The position numbers and the translations under genes were made by a program. From a virus: a DNA stretch of 64,000 bases. Location: IMG/VR virus record IMGVR_UViG_3300047320_000210, positions 19,922-83,921 of that record. One strand, given 5' to 3'. Below are positions 19,138 through 28,894 of the stretch, piece after piece. Each line of letters begins with the position of its first letter. Within the stretch, counting starts at the first letter, position 1. Under the pieces are notes generated by a model. It was not told where the DNA came from. It saw only the letters and a program-made list of their open reading frames with translations, and made no database searches.

Positions 19138-21567
19138 ATGACAATCACACTGCAGCGCCTAGCGACGACCGGTGAAACGGCCTACATCGCCAAGCACAAC
19201 GCGAACTACGACACCCTCGAATCCTCGGTCAACACCCTGCAGGGCACGGTCTACACCTTGCAGCAAGCGTCGGCCAGTCCGGGGAACCTGTTCAACATCG
19301 GCAAGGCGATGTTCGGCCCGACCGCCGTGGCGGTGATCGGCGAGACCTCGTTCGCCAGCAGCACCTCGGGCACCAACCTGACGCTGCAGCCCGGCTTCTA
19401 TTGGAACGCCAGCAGCGCGCTGATGGCGTACAAGGCCACCACCACGGTGATTCCGTTCAGTGGCGCCACCGCCGGCACCTACTACGTGCGCATGGGGATT
19501 GACGGCATCCCCTACCGGGACACCAGCAGCGCGGCGGCGCTGTACTCGGTGGTCTGGACCGGCTCGGCGTTCGGCACGGTGGCCAAGCTGGCCAGCTACG
19601 CTCCGGGCTACCAGGACCTGCTCGATCTGCTCAGCAGCAGCTACTCCGGCCTGAGTTACGCCAGCCCGGACAAGCGCATCGAAGCCACGGAAAAGGCCTT
19701 CAGCGCTTTGCTCAGCAAGGCGATCACCACCGCCGACGTCACCCTGACCGCCACCGAAGCCCTGGAACAGGGGGTGATCCGCCTGACCGGGACCCCAACA
19801 GCGGCGCGCAACCTGATCGTGCCGGCCAAGGCCAAGGTCTACTTCATCGACAACGACACCGCCGGCGCCTTCGCCGTGACTGTGAAGACCGCCAGCGGCA
19901 CCGGCGTGGCACTGGCCAGCGGCACCAACGGCGCGTTGTTCTGCGACGGTACCAACGTGGTGTCGATTGCGACCGCCGCCGGCAGCGGCGGCGCCTCGGT
20001 GTTCACCGACTTGACCGACGTGCCGGCGAGCTATGCCGGGCAGGCGAACAAAGTAGTCAAGGTCAAGGCCGACGAGAGCGGGCTGGAGTATTCCAGCGCC
20101 GCCGCTCCCACTGTGTTTACCGGCCTCACCGACGCCCCAGCGAGCTACACCGGGCAGGCGGGCAAGGTGCCGATCGTCAACGTCGGCGAAACCGCACTGG
20201 TGTTTGGCGACCCGGTGTCCACCTATCTGGCCCTGACCGACACCCCGGCGAGTTACGCCGGTCAGGCCTACCGCGTTGTGTCGGTCAAGGGGGACGAGAG
20301 CGGGCTGGAGTTTACGGCGGCAGCGGCCCCATCGACCCTACTCGCCTTGACCGACACGCCTGACAGCTACGCCGCCAGCGCCCTGATGGTGCTGCGGGTC
20401 AATGCCGCCGGCACCGCCGTCGAGTTCGCCGCCGGCACCGGCCCGCAGAATTTTCTGGAGTTGCCGGACACCCCGGCCAACTACACCTCCAGCGCCTTGA
20501 AATTCGTCCGGGTCAACGCGGCGATGACGGCGCTGGAGTTCGCCCCGCTGACCATGACAACCCTGCTCGGTCTGACCGACACGCCGGACTCCTATGCGGG
20601 TTCCGCGTTCAAGGTGGTCACCGTCAAGGGCGATGAGAGTGGTATCGAGTTTTCGGCCGGCGCCACCCCCACCAGTTTCATCGGGCTCACGGATGCGCCC
20701 ACCAGTTACACCGGGCAAGGCAGCAAGACGGTCAAAGTCAAGTCCGACGCCTCGGGGTTGGAGTTTGTCACGGTGCCGGCGGGCATCACCGCCTTCACCG
20801 GCCTGAGTGACGCACCGGCCAACTACACTGGCGCGGCGAACATGAAGGTCAAGGTCAACTCTGCGGGTACAGGGCTGGAGTTTGTCACCGACACTGCCGG
20901 GGTCACTGCTTTCACAGGCCTCAGTGATGCCCCAGCCAACTACACCGGCGCGGCCACCTACAAAGTGCGCGTCAACTCGGCCGGCACGGCATTGGAGTTT
21001 GTGGCAGACACACGCGCCTTTACCAGCCTCACAGACGTGCCGGCGAACTACACCGGCGCCGCCAACAAAAAGGTTCGGGTCAACTCGGCAGGGACTGGCT
21101 TGGAGTTCGTTACCGACACCACTGGGGCCACGGCGTTTACCGGCCTGTCCGATGTGCCGGCCAACTACACCGGCGCGGCACTCAAGAAAGTACGGGTCAA
21201 CAGCGGCGCCACGGCGCTGGAGTTTGTCGACGAACCCTTTGCTGCCAACTGCACCTGGAACGGCGTAACCACCGCGAGCCTGGTGCTGATCCACCTGCCC
21301 ATGCCGGTCGCCGTGACCTTCGCCGCCGCATTCGCCGGGTCGTATGGGGTTGCCACTACGGCCGCCACCGCGCAGACCGACTTCGACATCAAGAAAAATG
21401 GCACCTCGGTGGGCACCCTGCGCTTCGCTGCGGCAGCCACCACCGCCACTTTTATCGCCGCTTCGCCCGTGAGTTTCGCTGCGGGCGACGTGTTGAAACT
21501 GGTCGGACCGGCCACGCCGGATGCCACCTTGGCCACGCTTGGCCTCACCCTCAAAGGAGTACGCTGA
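19138..21567 (+). CDS. Tail fibre protein with 11 tandem ~37-aa repeats
   Basis: Repeats of FTxLxDxPxxYxGxAxKxVxVxxxxxGLEF; C-terminal beta-sandwich (FDIKKNGTSVGT..FAAGDVL). Confidence 0.8.
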   Translation: MTITLQRLATTGETAYIAKHNANYDTLESSVNTLQGTVYTLQQASASPGNLFNIGKAMFGPTAVAVIGETSFASSTSGTNLTLQPGFYWNASSALMAYKATTTVIPFSGATAGTYYVRMGIDGIPYRDTSSAAALYSVVWTGSAFGTVAKLASYAPGYQDLLDLLSSSYSGLSYASPDKRIEATEKAFSALLSKAITTADVTLTATEALEQGVIRLTGTPTAARNLIVPAKAKVYFIDNDTAGAFAVTVKTASGTGVALASGTNGALFCDGTNVVSIATAAGSGGASVFTDLTDVPASYAGQANKVVKVKADESGLEYSSAAAPTVFTGLTDAPASYTGQAGKVPIVNVGETALVFGDPVSTYLALTDTPASYAGQAYRVVSVKGDESGLEFTAAAAPSTLLALTDTPDSYAASALMVLRVNAAGTAVEFAAGTGPQNFLELPDTPANYTSSALKFVRVNAAMTALEFAPLTMTTLLGLTDTPDSYAGSAFKVVTVKGDESGIEFSAGATPTSFIGLTDAPTSYTGQGSKTVKVKSDASGLEFVTVPAGITAFTGLSDAPANYTGAANMKVKVNSAGTGLEFVTDTAGVTAFTGLSDAPANYTGAATYKVRVNSAGTALEFVADTRAFTSLTDVPANYTGAANKKVRVNSAGTGLEFVTDTTGATAFTGLSDVPANYTGAALKKVRVNSGATALEFVDEPFAANCTWNGVTTASLVLIHLPMPVAVTFAAAFAGSYGVATTAATAQTDFDIKKNGTSVGTLRFAAAATTATFIAASPVSFAAGDVLKLVGPATPDATLATLGLTLKGVR
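19993..21228 (+). repeat. Intragenic tandem repeat (11 units of about 110 bp)
   Basis: Units counted in the translation; the last four are close at DNA level (GCCAACTACACCGGCGC..GTCAAC..GGAGTT). Confidence 0.9.
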
Positions 21568-21568
21568 T

Positions 21569-22636
21569 ATGGCCTGGGACTACACCTTTCTCGATGGGTT
21601 TGACCACTACGCCTCTGCGGACATTGACAAAAAGTGGGACTACTCCCCCGACGGCGCCTCCATCCAGAGCACCACTGCGCGCAATGGGGGGAAAGCAAAC
21701 AATATCGGTACAAGCACCAGATTGACCAAGATCACCCCCACGAGTCGAAACTTCTGCATGGGGTTGGCGTTTCATATGTACGGTGTTCCTGGCGCTACGG
21801 TGGGCTCAAACGGCACCGTAGTTTGGTCCGTGGGCAACGACCTAGCCGGCAACACCGGGACTACGCAGATTTCTCTCAACTTGCTGAGCGACGGCAAGTT
21901 CAGGATTGTGCGATCTACTAGCGCCGGGATCACCGGGGCAAGTGGTTCGGCGGCTACCCTCGCCACGGGCAGCTTTACCATGCCTATGAGCACCTTCGTC
22001 TACATCGAGTTCAAGGTCTTCCTGGATGACACAGTGGGCACCGCCGAACTCAAGATCAATGGCGTGGTCGATGCCACCTTCACGGGCGATACCGTGTCAC
22101 AGAGCTACAACACGGCGAACCGGGTGATTCTGATTTCCCCTGCATCCGGGTACTGGGATGATGTGTACATCCGCAGCAGCACCAGCAGCAGCGCGGAGTC
22201 CGGGGGCTACTTGGGCGACGTGAGTGTCAAGGCGTACTACACGAACGCAGACGGCACTTACACCGGCATGACGTGCAGCACCGGCTCCACACACTACACC
22301 CTGGTCGACGAAACCACTCCGAACACCTCCGACTATGTGTCGTCGGCCGTTGCATTGACCAAGGATTCCTTCGGGTTCCAGGACGTGTCGGGGTCAGGGA
22401 CCATCCAGGCAGTGCAGCTCAACGCCTACACCAGCAAAAACGACTCGGGGTTCCGTGGGGCTGACCTGTTCTGCAAGTCCGGCGCGACGGAGAACTTCGC
22501 GGCGTCCGCGCCGCTGTCGACCACTTGGAAGTACCTGATGCAGGGGTGGCAAACGGACCCTAACACCGGGGCGGCCTGGACAATTGCGAACTTCAACGCG
22601 GCCGAGTTCGGCGTGCGCGTGTCCGCTGACCTGTAA
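21569..22636 (+). CDS. Putative receptor-binding/lectin-like (LamG-type) tail protein
   Basis: AGGAG RBS; FLDGFD start; YIEFKV..ELKING..WDDVYI pattern. Confidence 0.6.
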   Translation: MAWDYTFLDGFDHYASADIDKKWDYSPDGASIQSTTARNGGKANNIGTSTRLTKITPTSRNFCMGLAFHMYGVPGATVGSNGTVVWSVGNDLAGNTGTTQISLNLLSDGKFRIVRSTSAGITGASGSAATLATGSFTMPMSTFVYIEFKVFLDDTVGTAELKINGVVDATFTGDTVSQSYNTANRVILISPASGYWDDVYIRSSTSSSAESGGYLGDVSVKAYYTNADGTYTGMTCSTGSTHYTLVDETTPNTSDYVSSAVALTKDSFGFQDVSGSGTIQAVQLNAYTSKNDSGFRGADLFCKSGATENFAASAPLSTTWKYLMQGWQTDPNTGAAWTIANFNAAEFGVRVSADL

Positions 22637-22645
22637 GGGACTCCA

Positions 22646-23485
22646 ATGACCACCTACAGCACGAACTTCGGCAGCTACACTGCCGCCGCACAGCCATCGG
22701 ACTGGACGGCGCGCTGGGTCACCAGCAACGTCACTTGGTTGGCCACGACGCTGGCCAACACCGAAGGCGGGAAGGTACTGCGCAAGGCCTCCACGGCCGA
22801 TGCACGCCGGTTGCTGTCGTGGGACGCCGTATCAGCCCACGCGGACAGCGAGGGGCTGATTCGTTTCAAAGCCAGTGTGGTGGGATTTGGCGCGTTCCTC
22901 CAAACCTACCTCCATCTGCGCGGGTCTGGGGCTTCAGGCGCGGAAACTTCGTACTGGGTAACCTTCTCGACCACGAACCAGGGCACGCTGCAACTCGGCA
23001 AGTGGGTGGCGGGGACAGCTACCAACCTCGGCACGGCCTATGACAACGGCAGTTTCAAGTCGGCTACTTGGTATTACCTACGGTTCCGGGTTAACGGGAC
23101 CTCGCTACAGGCCCGCATATGGGAGGACGGCACGGTCGAGCCCAGTGCTTGGCAGGTCAGCGCCACCGACAGTGCTATCACTGCCGCAGGCTGGGCCGGG
23201 GTGGGCAACTTTGAGTCGACCGGCGACATCGACATCGACTTCGCAGCGTTTGGCACCGCAGGGGATACCGCGCCGCTAACCAGTGGCACAGGGACCGTGG
23301 CCCTCTCCCAAGCCGTGATGGAGGTGGCGAACTCGGGGACCCCGAGCACGACCGTTTCACAGCTGGCTATCGAGGTGGCGAACACCGGCACCCCGAGCAC
23401 AGTCGTTTCACAGTTGGTTATCGAAGTGGCGTATTCCAGTGTCGTGGCCACCGTGCAGCAGCCTATTGTCACCGTCGTTTGTTGA
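22646..23485 (+). CDS. Putative lectin-like tail/receptor-binding protein
   Basis: WYYLRFRVNG..ARIW..EPSAW..GWAGVG beta-sandwich; three C-terminal SQxxxEVA repeats. Confidence 0.6.
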   Translation: MTTYSTNFGSYTAAAQPSDWTARWVTSNVTWLATTLANTEGGKVLRKASTADARRLLSWDAVSAHADSEGLIRFKASVVGFGAFLQTYLHLRGSGASGAETSYWVTFSTTNQGTLQLGKWVAGTATNLGTAYDNGSFKSATWYYLRFRVNGTSLQARIWEDGTVEPSAWQVSATDSAITAAGWAGVGNFESTGDIDIDFAAFGTAGDTAPLTSGTGTVALSQAVMEVANSGTPSTTVSQLAIEVANTGTPSTVVSQLVIEVAYSSVVATVQQPIVTVVC

Positions 23486-23507
23486 CCTAACCGAAGGAGA
23501 GCCAACA

Positions 23508-23894
23508 ATGCCTACGACCATCGAAGAACGCCGGGCCGGGTATTCGCGGCTTGCCCGCATTGTCACCGCCGTGAGTGCCACGCTGGCCACCGCGATCCTG
23601 TTTGGTTTCCTGTCCAGCGTGCAGGACCTGGTGAAACAAGGCCCCGTCCTGGCCGCCCACATGGCGGCCACCAACCAGAAACTCAGCGCGATTGAGAACG
23701 AACAGGCCTCGGCCAAGATGGCCATCGCCTCCCTGTTGAAGGACTACACCTCGCGCGAGCAACTGCAGGGTGAGTTGGAAAAGCTCAACGAGAAGATCCG
23801 CGCGCTGCAGGTGCAGCAGGCCGTGATCGAGATGATTTTGAAGTCGGGGAAGACCGGAACAATCCGGCAGGGGGGGAATTATGGGCAGTCCTGA
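23508..23894 (+). CDS. Membrane protein (one TM plus coiled coil); holin- or spanin-like
   Basis: AAGGAG RBS; ERR motif followed by a hydrophobic helix and coiled coil. Confidence 0.5.
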   Translation: MPTTIEERRAGYSRLARIVTAVSATLATAILFGFLSSVQDLVKQGPVLAAHMAATNQKLSAIENEQASAKMAIASLLKDYTSREQLQGELEKLNEKIRALQVQQAVIEMILKSGKTGTIRQGGNYGQS

Positions 23895-24165
23895 AAGTCG
23901 TAAGCGGTTGTTGGATCTCTTGCTGCGCTACCTGCAGCAGCCGTCAACGTGGCAGGGGCTGACCCTTGGGTTGGGGGCGGTTTCGGCCAAGTTCGGGGTG
24001 CCCATCGAGCAGGCGGCGGCCGGGGTCGCACTGGTGCTGTCGCTGATCCTGATCTTCCGTGACGAGCGCAAGCCGACCGAAGTGATCGAGGACGCGGTGG
24101 CCAAGGCGCTGGAAGACAACGTCGACCGGTTGGACAAGGTCATCGACAAGGTTGACCGGTTATGA
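23881..24165 (+). CDS. Holin (putative, two TM)
   Basis: 94 aa; QPSTWQGL followed by two hydrophobic helices and a charged tail. Confidence 0.6.
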   Translation: MGSPESRKRLLDLLLRYLQQPSTWQGLTLGLGAVSAKFGVPIEQAAAGVALVLSLILIFRDERKPTEVIEDAVAKALEDNVDRLDKVIDKVDRL

Positions 24166-24608
24166 GCGCCTTCCAGTTCATCAGCACCCTAGACCTGCAG
24201 GAGTTCATGCTCAACGGCTTGTCCGTGCCGAATGAGTGGGTGGTGGATCAGCCGCTGATTGCCCTGCACAACGATGACAAACTGATCGTGCCCCGGGGCT
24301 ACATCACCGACCTGGCCTCGATCCCGCGCGTGTTCCGCAACGTGTTCAACGTCAACGGCCCGCTGCGGGCGCCGGCGGTGCTGCACGACTGGCTGTACAG
24401 TTCGCAGCGCTTCACCCGGGCGCAGTCCGATGCGATCTTTCTGGCGGCCATGGAAGCCCGGGGCATCGACAAAGCCGAGCGCTACGCCATCTACTCAGCG
24501 GTGCGCAGCTTCGGCTGGGCCTACTGGAACAAGCGCAAGGCGGGCCTGGGCCTGAACGCCCAGGACTTCGTGCCGCCCGGTTACTTCACCGGCGTCTCGA
24601 CGCGCTGA
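24162..24608 (+). CDS. DUF1353-family protein
   Basis: VPRGYITDLASIPR..AVLHDWLY..AVRSFG signature. Confidence 0.85.
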   Translation: MSAFQFISTLDLQEFMLNGLSVPNEWVVDQPLIALHNDDKLIVPRGYITDLASIPRVFRNVFNVNGPLRAPAVLHDWLYSSQRFTRAQSDAIFLAAMEARGIDKAERYAIYSAVRSFGWAYWNKRKAGLGLNAQDFVPPGYFTGVSTR

Positions 24609-24804
24609 CCCGCTTTTCGTGGTCGACGCGGCAGTTCTCATCGCAATAGCGCCCCGTTTCTAGGGGCGCGTCACAGTTCAGGCATTCGCCGGTGAACGCA
24701 TTCAGCGCCTCTCGGTGTTTGGCCGCCGCCTCCTGATGCTGCCGCAGCAGCAAGGCCTCGACCAACTCCTGTTCGTCCCCCGCAGCATCGGCCGCATCGC
24801 TCAT
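24586..24804 (-). CDS. TraR/DksA C4 zinc-finger protein
   Basis: N-terminal DxxDxA; CLNC..YCDENC. Confidence 0.8.
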   Translation of the reverse strand: MSDAADAAGDEQELVEALLLRQHQEAAAKHREALNAFTGECLNCDAPLETGRYCDENCRVDHEKRVSASRRR

Positions 24805-24806
24805 GA

Positions 24807-27020
24807 TCAAATCTCCAAGGTGTTATCAAAGACCGTGGCGTCCATTTCGCGGTGGGACACCATCACCACCTGCTTGCCGCTGCCGACCAGCAGGGTGCTG
24901 AAGGCCAGCGCCCGCTCCGGGTCCATGTCGGCGGTGGGTTCGTCCAGCAGCACCAGGTTCAGCGGCGACAGCGCGGCGGCGTCCAGTGCCAGTTGCACGG
25001 CAGTGCCGATGATCGCCAGCTGCGCGCCCGAGGCTTCGGCCTGCTCCATCTCGAACCCGTCCTCGACGAAGGTGAAGGCCCCGTCCTCGCCGCGACTGAT
25101 CGACTCGATCACGCCGCCGGTGGCGTTGTTGGCGAACATCGAGGCCGAGGCCATGAACACGTCCCACACCTGCTTGCTGTAGCGGTCGCGGTTGTTGCGG
25201 ATGTGTCCGAGCAGTTCGGTCAGCTGGATGACCTTGAGGGCCGCCTGCTCGTGCTGGCGGTTGCGCTCGGCGGCGGCCATCAGGCTGCGCTCTAGGGCGA
25301 TGCGCTGCTCATGCACCGCGTGTTGCTGGTTGCCCAGCCCGGTGACCTGCTCGTTCAGGCGGCGGATCTGGATGTCGAGGCGGTCGGCTTCCAGCCGGTG
25401 GTGTTGCAGCGCGACCGGCAGGTCCACCCCCACCACCATGTGCTCGACCTGGATCTGCTGCAGCGCGGAGCGCGCCGCTTCTAGGGCCATGTTGCGGCGC
25501 AACAGGTCGCTCTGCCCCGTGGTCAGGTTCTGCTGCAGCGTTGCCTGACGCAGGGCGTCCTGCCGCCCGGTGGTGATTTGCCCCTGCAGCTGCTCGATCT
25601 GCGGGCTGATCGATTCCATCGGGGGCAGGCCCAGCACCGCGACGGTGGCCGCCTGCAGCTGGGTGGTGAGGCGGCTGCCGGCCTGCTGCAGGGCGTGCAC
25701 CTGGTTGCCGGCCTGGCTCAACCGGCTTTCGGCCAGCGCCAGATCCGTGCGGTAGGAGATCCCGCCGTCGAGCGCGGCCTTGGCGGCGTCGGCCTCCCGC
25801 ATCTTCAGGTGCAGTTCTTCCTGCAGGCGCTCGACGTGCTCGGCATGCGCCTGCGGGTCGAAGGCCTCGAACGGACGCTGACAGCCTTCGCAGACCCCGT
25901 CCTTGCCGGCCTCGATCAGCCCCTGCAACTTGACGCTGCAGGTCTGGACTGCGGCCTTGGTGTCCGCCGCCGCCTCGTGCAGGGTGTCCAGATCGACCCC
26001 GGTGCCGGCGTTGCGCAGGCGTTCGGCCGCCTCGCGCAGCGGCGTGGTCTTGTCCGTGGCGCGCTGCAGGTCGGCCTGCACGTCCTGCAGGTCGGCTTCG
26101 ATCTGCTTGGCTTGGGCGCGCACCTGCTTGTCGGCCTGCAGCTGCTCGCGCAGCGCGGTCAGACGCTGTTCCAGTTCGGCCAGCGTCTGCTCGTCCAGGG
26201 GCGCCCCCCGGAACTCGTCGACCTTGCGCTCGGCCTCGTCCAGGTGGGCGCGGGCGCTGGTGACTTCGTGTTCCGCCTGGCGCACGGTGGTGGTGGCGCT
26301 GTACACCGCCGTTTGTGCAGTGGCCAGCCGCCGTTCATGGTCACCGGCTTTGGTGCGGTTGACCTTCAGCGTGGTCAGCTCCTTGTGCAGTTCAGCCAGC
26401 TCGGTGTCGCACCCGGTTTCCTCGGTCAGCCAGCGCAACACCTGCCCCTGTTGCTCGCTGATGTCGGTCAGCGGGGTTTCGTCCTGCACCAGACGCCAGG
26501 CCTTGAGCTGGCCGCTGACCCGGTCCATCACCAGGCTGACGCGCTCCAGCCCGGTCAGCTCGGTGATGATCTTGAACAACTCGGTGCTGCCGGCCTCCAG
26601 CAGGGCGGCGGCCTTGCGCTGCTTGGCGTACTTGATCTGCGCGAAGCGCTTGAGCGGCATGCCCAGCAGCCGCGAGATCGCCTGATTGACCGGGTTGGTG
26701 CCGGTGGCCACCGGTTGCTCGGTGTTGTCGGGGCACAGCTCGGTCAGGCTGGCGCCGTTCTTCGTGCGCTCGATGCGGTAGCGCCCCTTGCCGCTGAAGG
26801 ACAGCGTCAGCACTTGCCGGAAGCCGCTGTTGGTGCCCCGGGTGTGCAGGCGCGTGCCCGGCACCAGCCGCGCACCGCCGAGGCAATAGAGGATGCCGTA
26901 GAGCACCGTGGTCTTGCCGCAGTAGTTCGGCGCCATCAGTCCGTTGAGCCCGGCGGTGAAGTTCAGCACCAGGTGTTCGTGTTTCTTGAAGAAGTTGAGT
27001 TCCAGGCGCTCCAGCATCAC
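24807..27020 (-). CDS. sbcC: SbcC/Rad50-like SMC ATPase
   Basis: Walker A PNYCGKTT; coiled coils with CEGC zinc hook; ASGAQ signature; LLDEPT Walker B; SH switch. Confidence 0.9.
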   Translation of the reverse strand: MMLERLELNFFKKHEHLVLNFTAGLNGLMAPNYCGKTTVLYGILYCLGGARLVPGTRLHTRGTNSGFRQVLTLSFSGKGRYRIERTKNGASLTELCPDNTEQPVATGTNPVNQAISRLLGMPLKRFAQIKYAKQRKAAALLEAGSTELFKIITELTGLERVSLVMDRVSGQLKAWRLVQDETPLTDISEQQGQVLRWLTEETGCDTELAELHKELTTLKVNRTKAGDHERRLATAQTAVYSATTTVRQAEHEVTSARAHLDEAERKVDEFRGAPLDEQTLAELEQRLTALREQLQADKQVRAQAKQIEADLQDVQADLQRATDKTTPLREAAERLRNAGTGVDLDTLHEAAADTKAAVQTCSVKLQGLIEAGKDGVCEGCQRPFEAFDPQAHAEHVERLQEELHLKMREADAAKAALDGGISYRTDLALAESRLSQAGNQVHALQQAGSRLTTQLQAATVAVLGLPPMESISPQIEQLQGQITTGRQDALRQATLQQNLTTGQSDLLRRNMALEAARSALQQIQVEHMVVGVDLPVALQHHRLEADRLDIQIRRLNEQVTGLGNQQHAVHEQRIALERSLMAAAERNRQHEQAALKVIQLTELLGHIRNNRDRYSKQVWDVFMASASMFANNATGGVIESISRGEDGAFTFVEDGFEMEQAEASGAQLAIIGTAVQLALDAAALSPLNLVLLDEPTADMDPERALAFSTLLVGSGKQVVMVSHREMDATVFDNTLEI

Positions 27021-27304
27021 GCAGCCTCCACGATGTAGAGTTTCAGGTCGCAGTCCATGCGTTCCTCGATCTCTTTCTGTGCCCGCAACAGCTTCTTCAG
27101 TTTGTCTTTCGAGCAGTCGTCGAGCATCACCGCCGCGTAGCCCTGCAAGCCAGCGAGGATCAGGCGCCGGCGGATGCCAGCGAGGGTGAACTCCGAGTGG
27201 ATGTGCAGCACCGCCTTGCCGGCGTTCTGGTACTCCTGTTCGTACTGACGCAGCTTGGTGGTTTTGCCGCTGGCTGGTGGACCGCTGATGATTTCGATTT
27301 CCAT
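27017..27304 (-). CDS. Small P-loop protein
   Basis: GPPASGKT Walker A and VMLDD Walker B-like motif in 95 aa. Confidence 0.65.
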   Translation of the reverse strand: MEIEIISGPPASGKTTKLRQYEQEYQNAGKAVLHIHSEFTLAGIRRRLILAGLQGYAAVMLDDCSKDKLKKLLRAQKEIEERMDCDLKLYIVEAA

Positions 27305-27305
27305 G

Positions 27306-28400
27306 TCACGCTTCCTCTTCTTGCATAGCGGGCGCGGTGTCGGCCCAAAAGGCGTCGAACAGTTCGACCAGATCGGCGCGCTTGATCAGCTCGGCGCGGA
27401 TCACCATGTCCAACTGGTGAAAGTCGTGGTCGGCCAGCGTCTCGCAGGTGCCGGCCTTGGTCACCTCGACACGGTTGCGCACGGCATACGGCTGGCAGAC
27501 CTGCCAGAGCTTGCGCACCGCCCGGGCCAGATCCATCACCTGGCTGGCCGCCAGTTCACCGATGATTTCCACGAACTGGGCAAACCCCAGTACGTCAAAG
27601 TCAAAGTCCGGGGCGAGCAGGTCGTTGACATCGAGCAGCCGGAAGCCGGCCGCCTGCAGCCACACGGGGTGGAATTCGTGGCGGCCATCCGGGCGGATCA
27701 GCAACACGCGCTTGTCGGTGATGTCGCCGAAGCCGGTGGGGTGCGTGTTGCCGAGGATGATCACCCGCCCTTCCCAGTCTTCCCGGGGGTGGTGGTCGTG
27801 GCCGATCAGCAGGTAGTCGAAGCCGTCATCGAGCAGGTCCTTGGCCTGCTTGCGCGTCAACGACAGCGCGGTGTCGTCGGTGGCAAAGCCGGAGTCGTAG
27901 TTGCAGTGCAGGCACAAGTAGGCCTTGGTCAGCGACGGTTTGCTGCCGCGCACCCAGTCGCTGGCGGCCTTCAGCGATTCATGGAAAAGCTCATCGGTGC
28001 TGTGGTGCGGCACGAACAGGAACGCCACCCCCGGCAGCACGTAATGCACGAACCCCTGCGCCTCGCCGAACGGCGTCAGCTGAATCGGCCCGGCCTCCCC
28101 CTTGTGCAACAGTTGCAGGGTGCCGATACGGTCGCGGTCGTTGAGCAGGTCGTGGTTGCCCGCCATCAGGTAGTCCAGCCGCTTGGTGATTTTCATCCCC
28201 TGCCAGATCACGTCCTCCTGGTTCTGGTAGCGGTCGAACAGGTCGCCGAGGCAGACCTTCTTGGCCCGCGGGAAGCGATCGAGGACGCCGAACACCTGTT
28301 CATACAGGCTGTCACGCAGGCGCCGGCGGCTGTCCGGGGTGGTGTGCGACACGAGGTTCTTGCCCAGGTGCGGGTCCGTGAACACGAGAATGTCCGTCAT
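27306..28400 (-). CDS. sbcD: SbcD/Mre11-like metallophosphoesterase nuclease
   Basis: DPHLG, GDLFD, GNHD and GHDH motifs; adjacent to SbcC. Confidence 0.9.
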   Translation of the reverse strand: MTDILVFTDPHLGKNLVSHTTPDSRRRLRDSLYEQVFGVLDRFPRAKKVCLGDLFDRYQNQEDVIWQGMKITKRLDYLMAGNHDLLNDRDRIGTLQLLHKGEAGPIQLTPFGEAQGFVHYVLPGVAFLFVPHHSTDELFHESLKAASDWVRGSKPSLTKAYLCLHCNYDSGFATDDTALSLTRKQAKDLLDDGFDYLLIGHDHHPREDWEGRVIILGNTHPTGFGDITDKRVLLIRPDGRHEFHPVWLQAAGFRLLDVNDLLAPDFDFDVLGFAQFVEIIGELAASQVMDLARAVRKLWQVCQPYAVRNRVEVTKAGTCETLADHDFHQLDMVIRAELIKRADLVELFDAFWADTAPAMQEEEA

Positions 28401-28894
28401 CTGTATACCTTCTTCGCGGTGTACCGCGGGTTGTTCAATAGGGCTGCGGTGAAGCCGGTCTTGAAGGCTTCAAAGTCGGGGTAGATGTCGCAGACGCCGT
28501 CGGCCTTGAGGCGCATGTGCGGTTCGTTGCGGACGATGGCCACCGCCTCGCCGTCCCACAGTTCAACCGCCCCGGTGTGCTGCTGCCAGAACACGACGTG
28601 GGTGCTGGCCCCGGCGCGTGCCCAAATCTTCAGGTGCGAGGCCTGGTGATGGGCCAGCAGCTTGGACAGGCCGGCGGTCAGGCTGCTGTGCACCTCGCTG
28701 GACTTGAGTTCGAACAGGTGGCAGATCCCGCGCACGCAGGCGATGGTGTCGCCGGGTTGGTCCGGCAGGTAGGTGCCGGCCGAGTGGGTGTCGTAGAAGC
28801 GTGCGCTGGCCACCGGGTGCTTGTGCATCAAGTCCTTGAGGAACAAGCGGAATTGTTCCTCGAACTCCTTGCCCTTCTCTTGAGGTGTCTTCAT
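28397..28894 (-). CDS. PD-(D/E)xK nuclease, Holliday-junction resolvase-like
   Basis: GKEFE..PGD..FELKS..HQ motifs. Confidence 0.7.
   Translation of the reverse strand: MKTPQEKGKEFEEQFRLFLKDLMHKHPVASARFYDTHSAGTYLPDQPGDTIACVRGICHLFELKSSEVHSSLTAGLSKLLAHHQASHLKIWARAGASTHVVFWQQHTGAVELWDGEAVAIVRNEPHMRLKADGVCDIYPDFEAFKTGFTAALLNNPRYTAKKVYR

Noticed and set aside
19138-23485. Diversity-generating retroelement or invertible tail-fibre cassette
   Set aside because: No reverse transcriptase, no TR/VR pair, and no inverted fibre segments or flanking hix-like sites; the recombinases are about 37 kb away.
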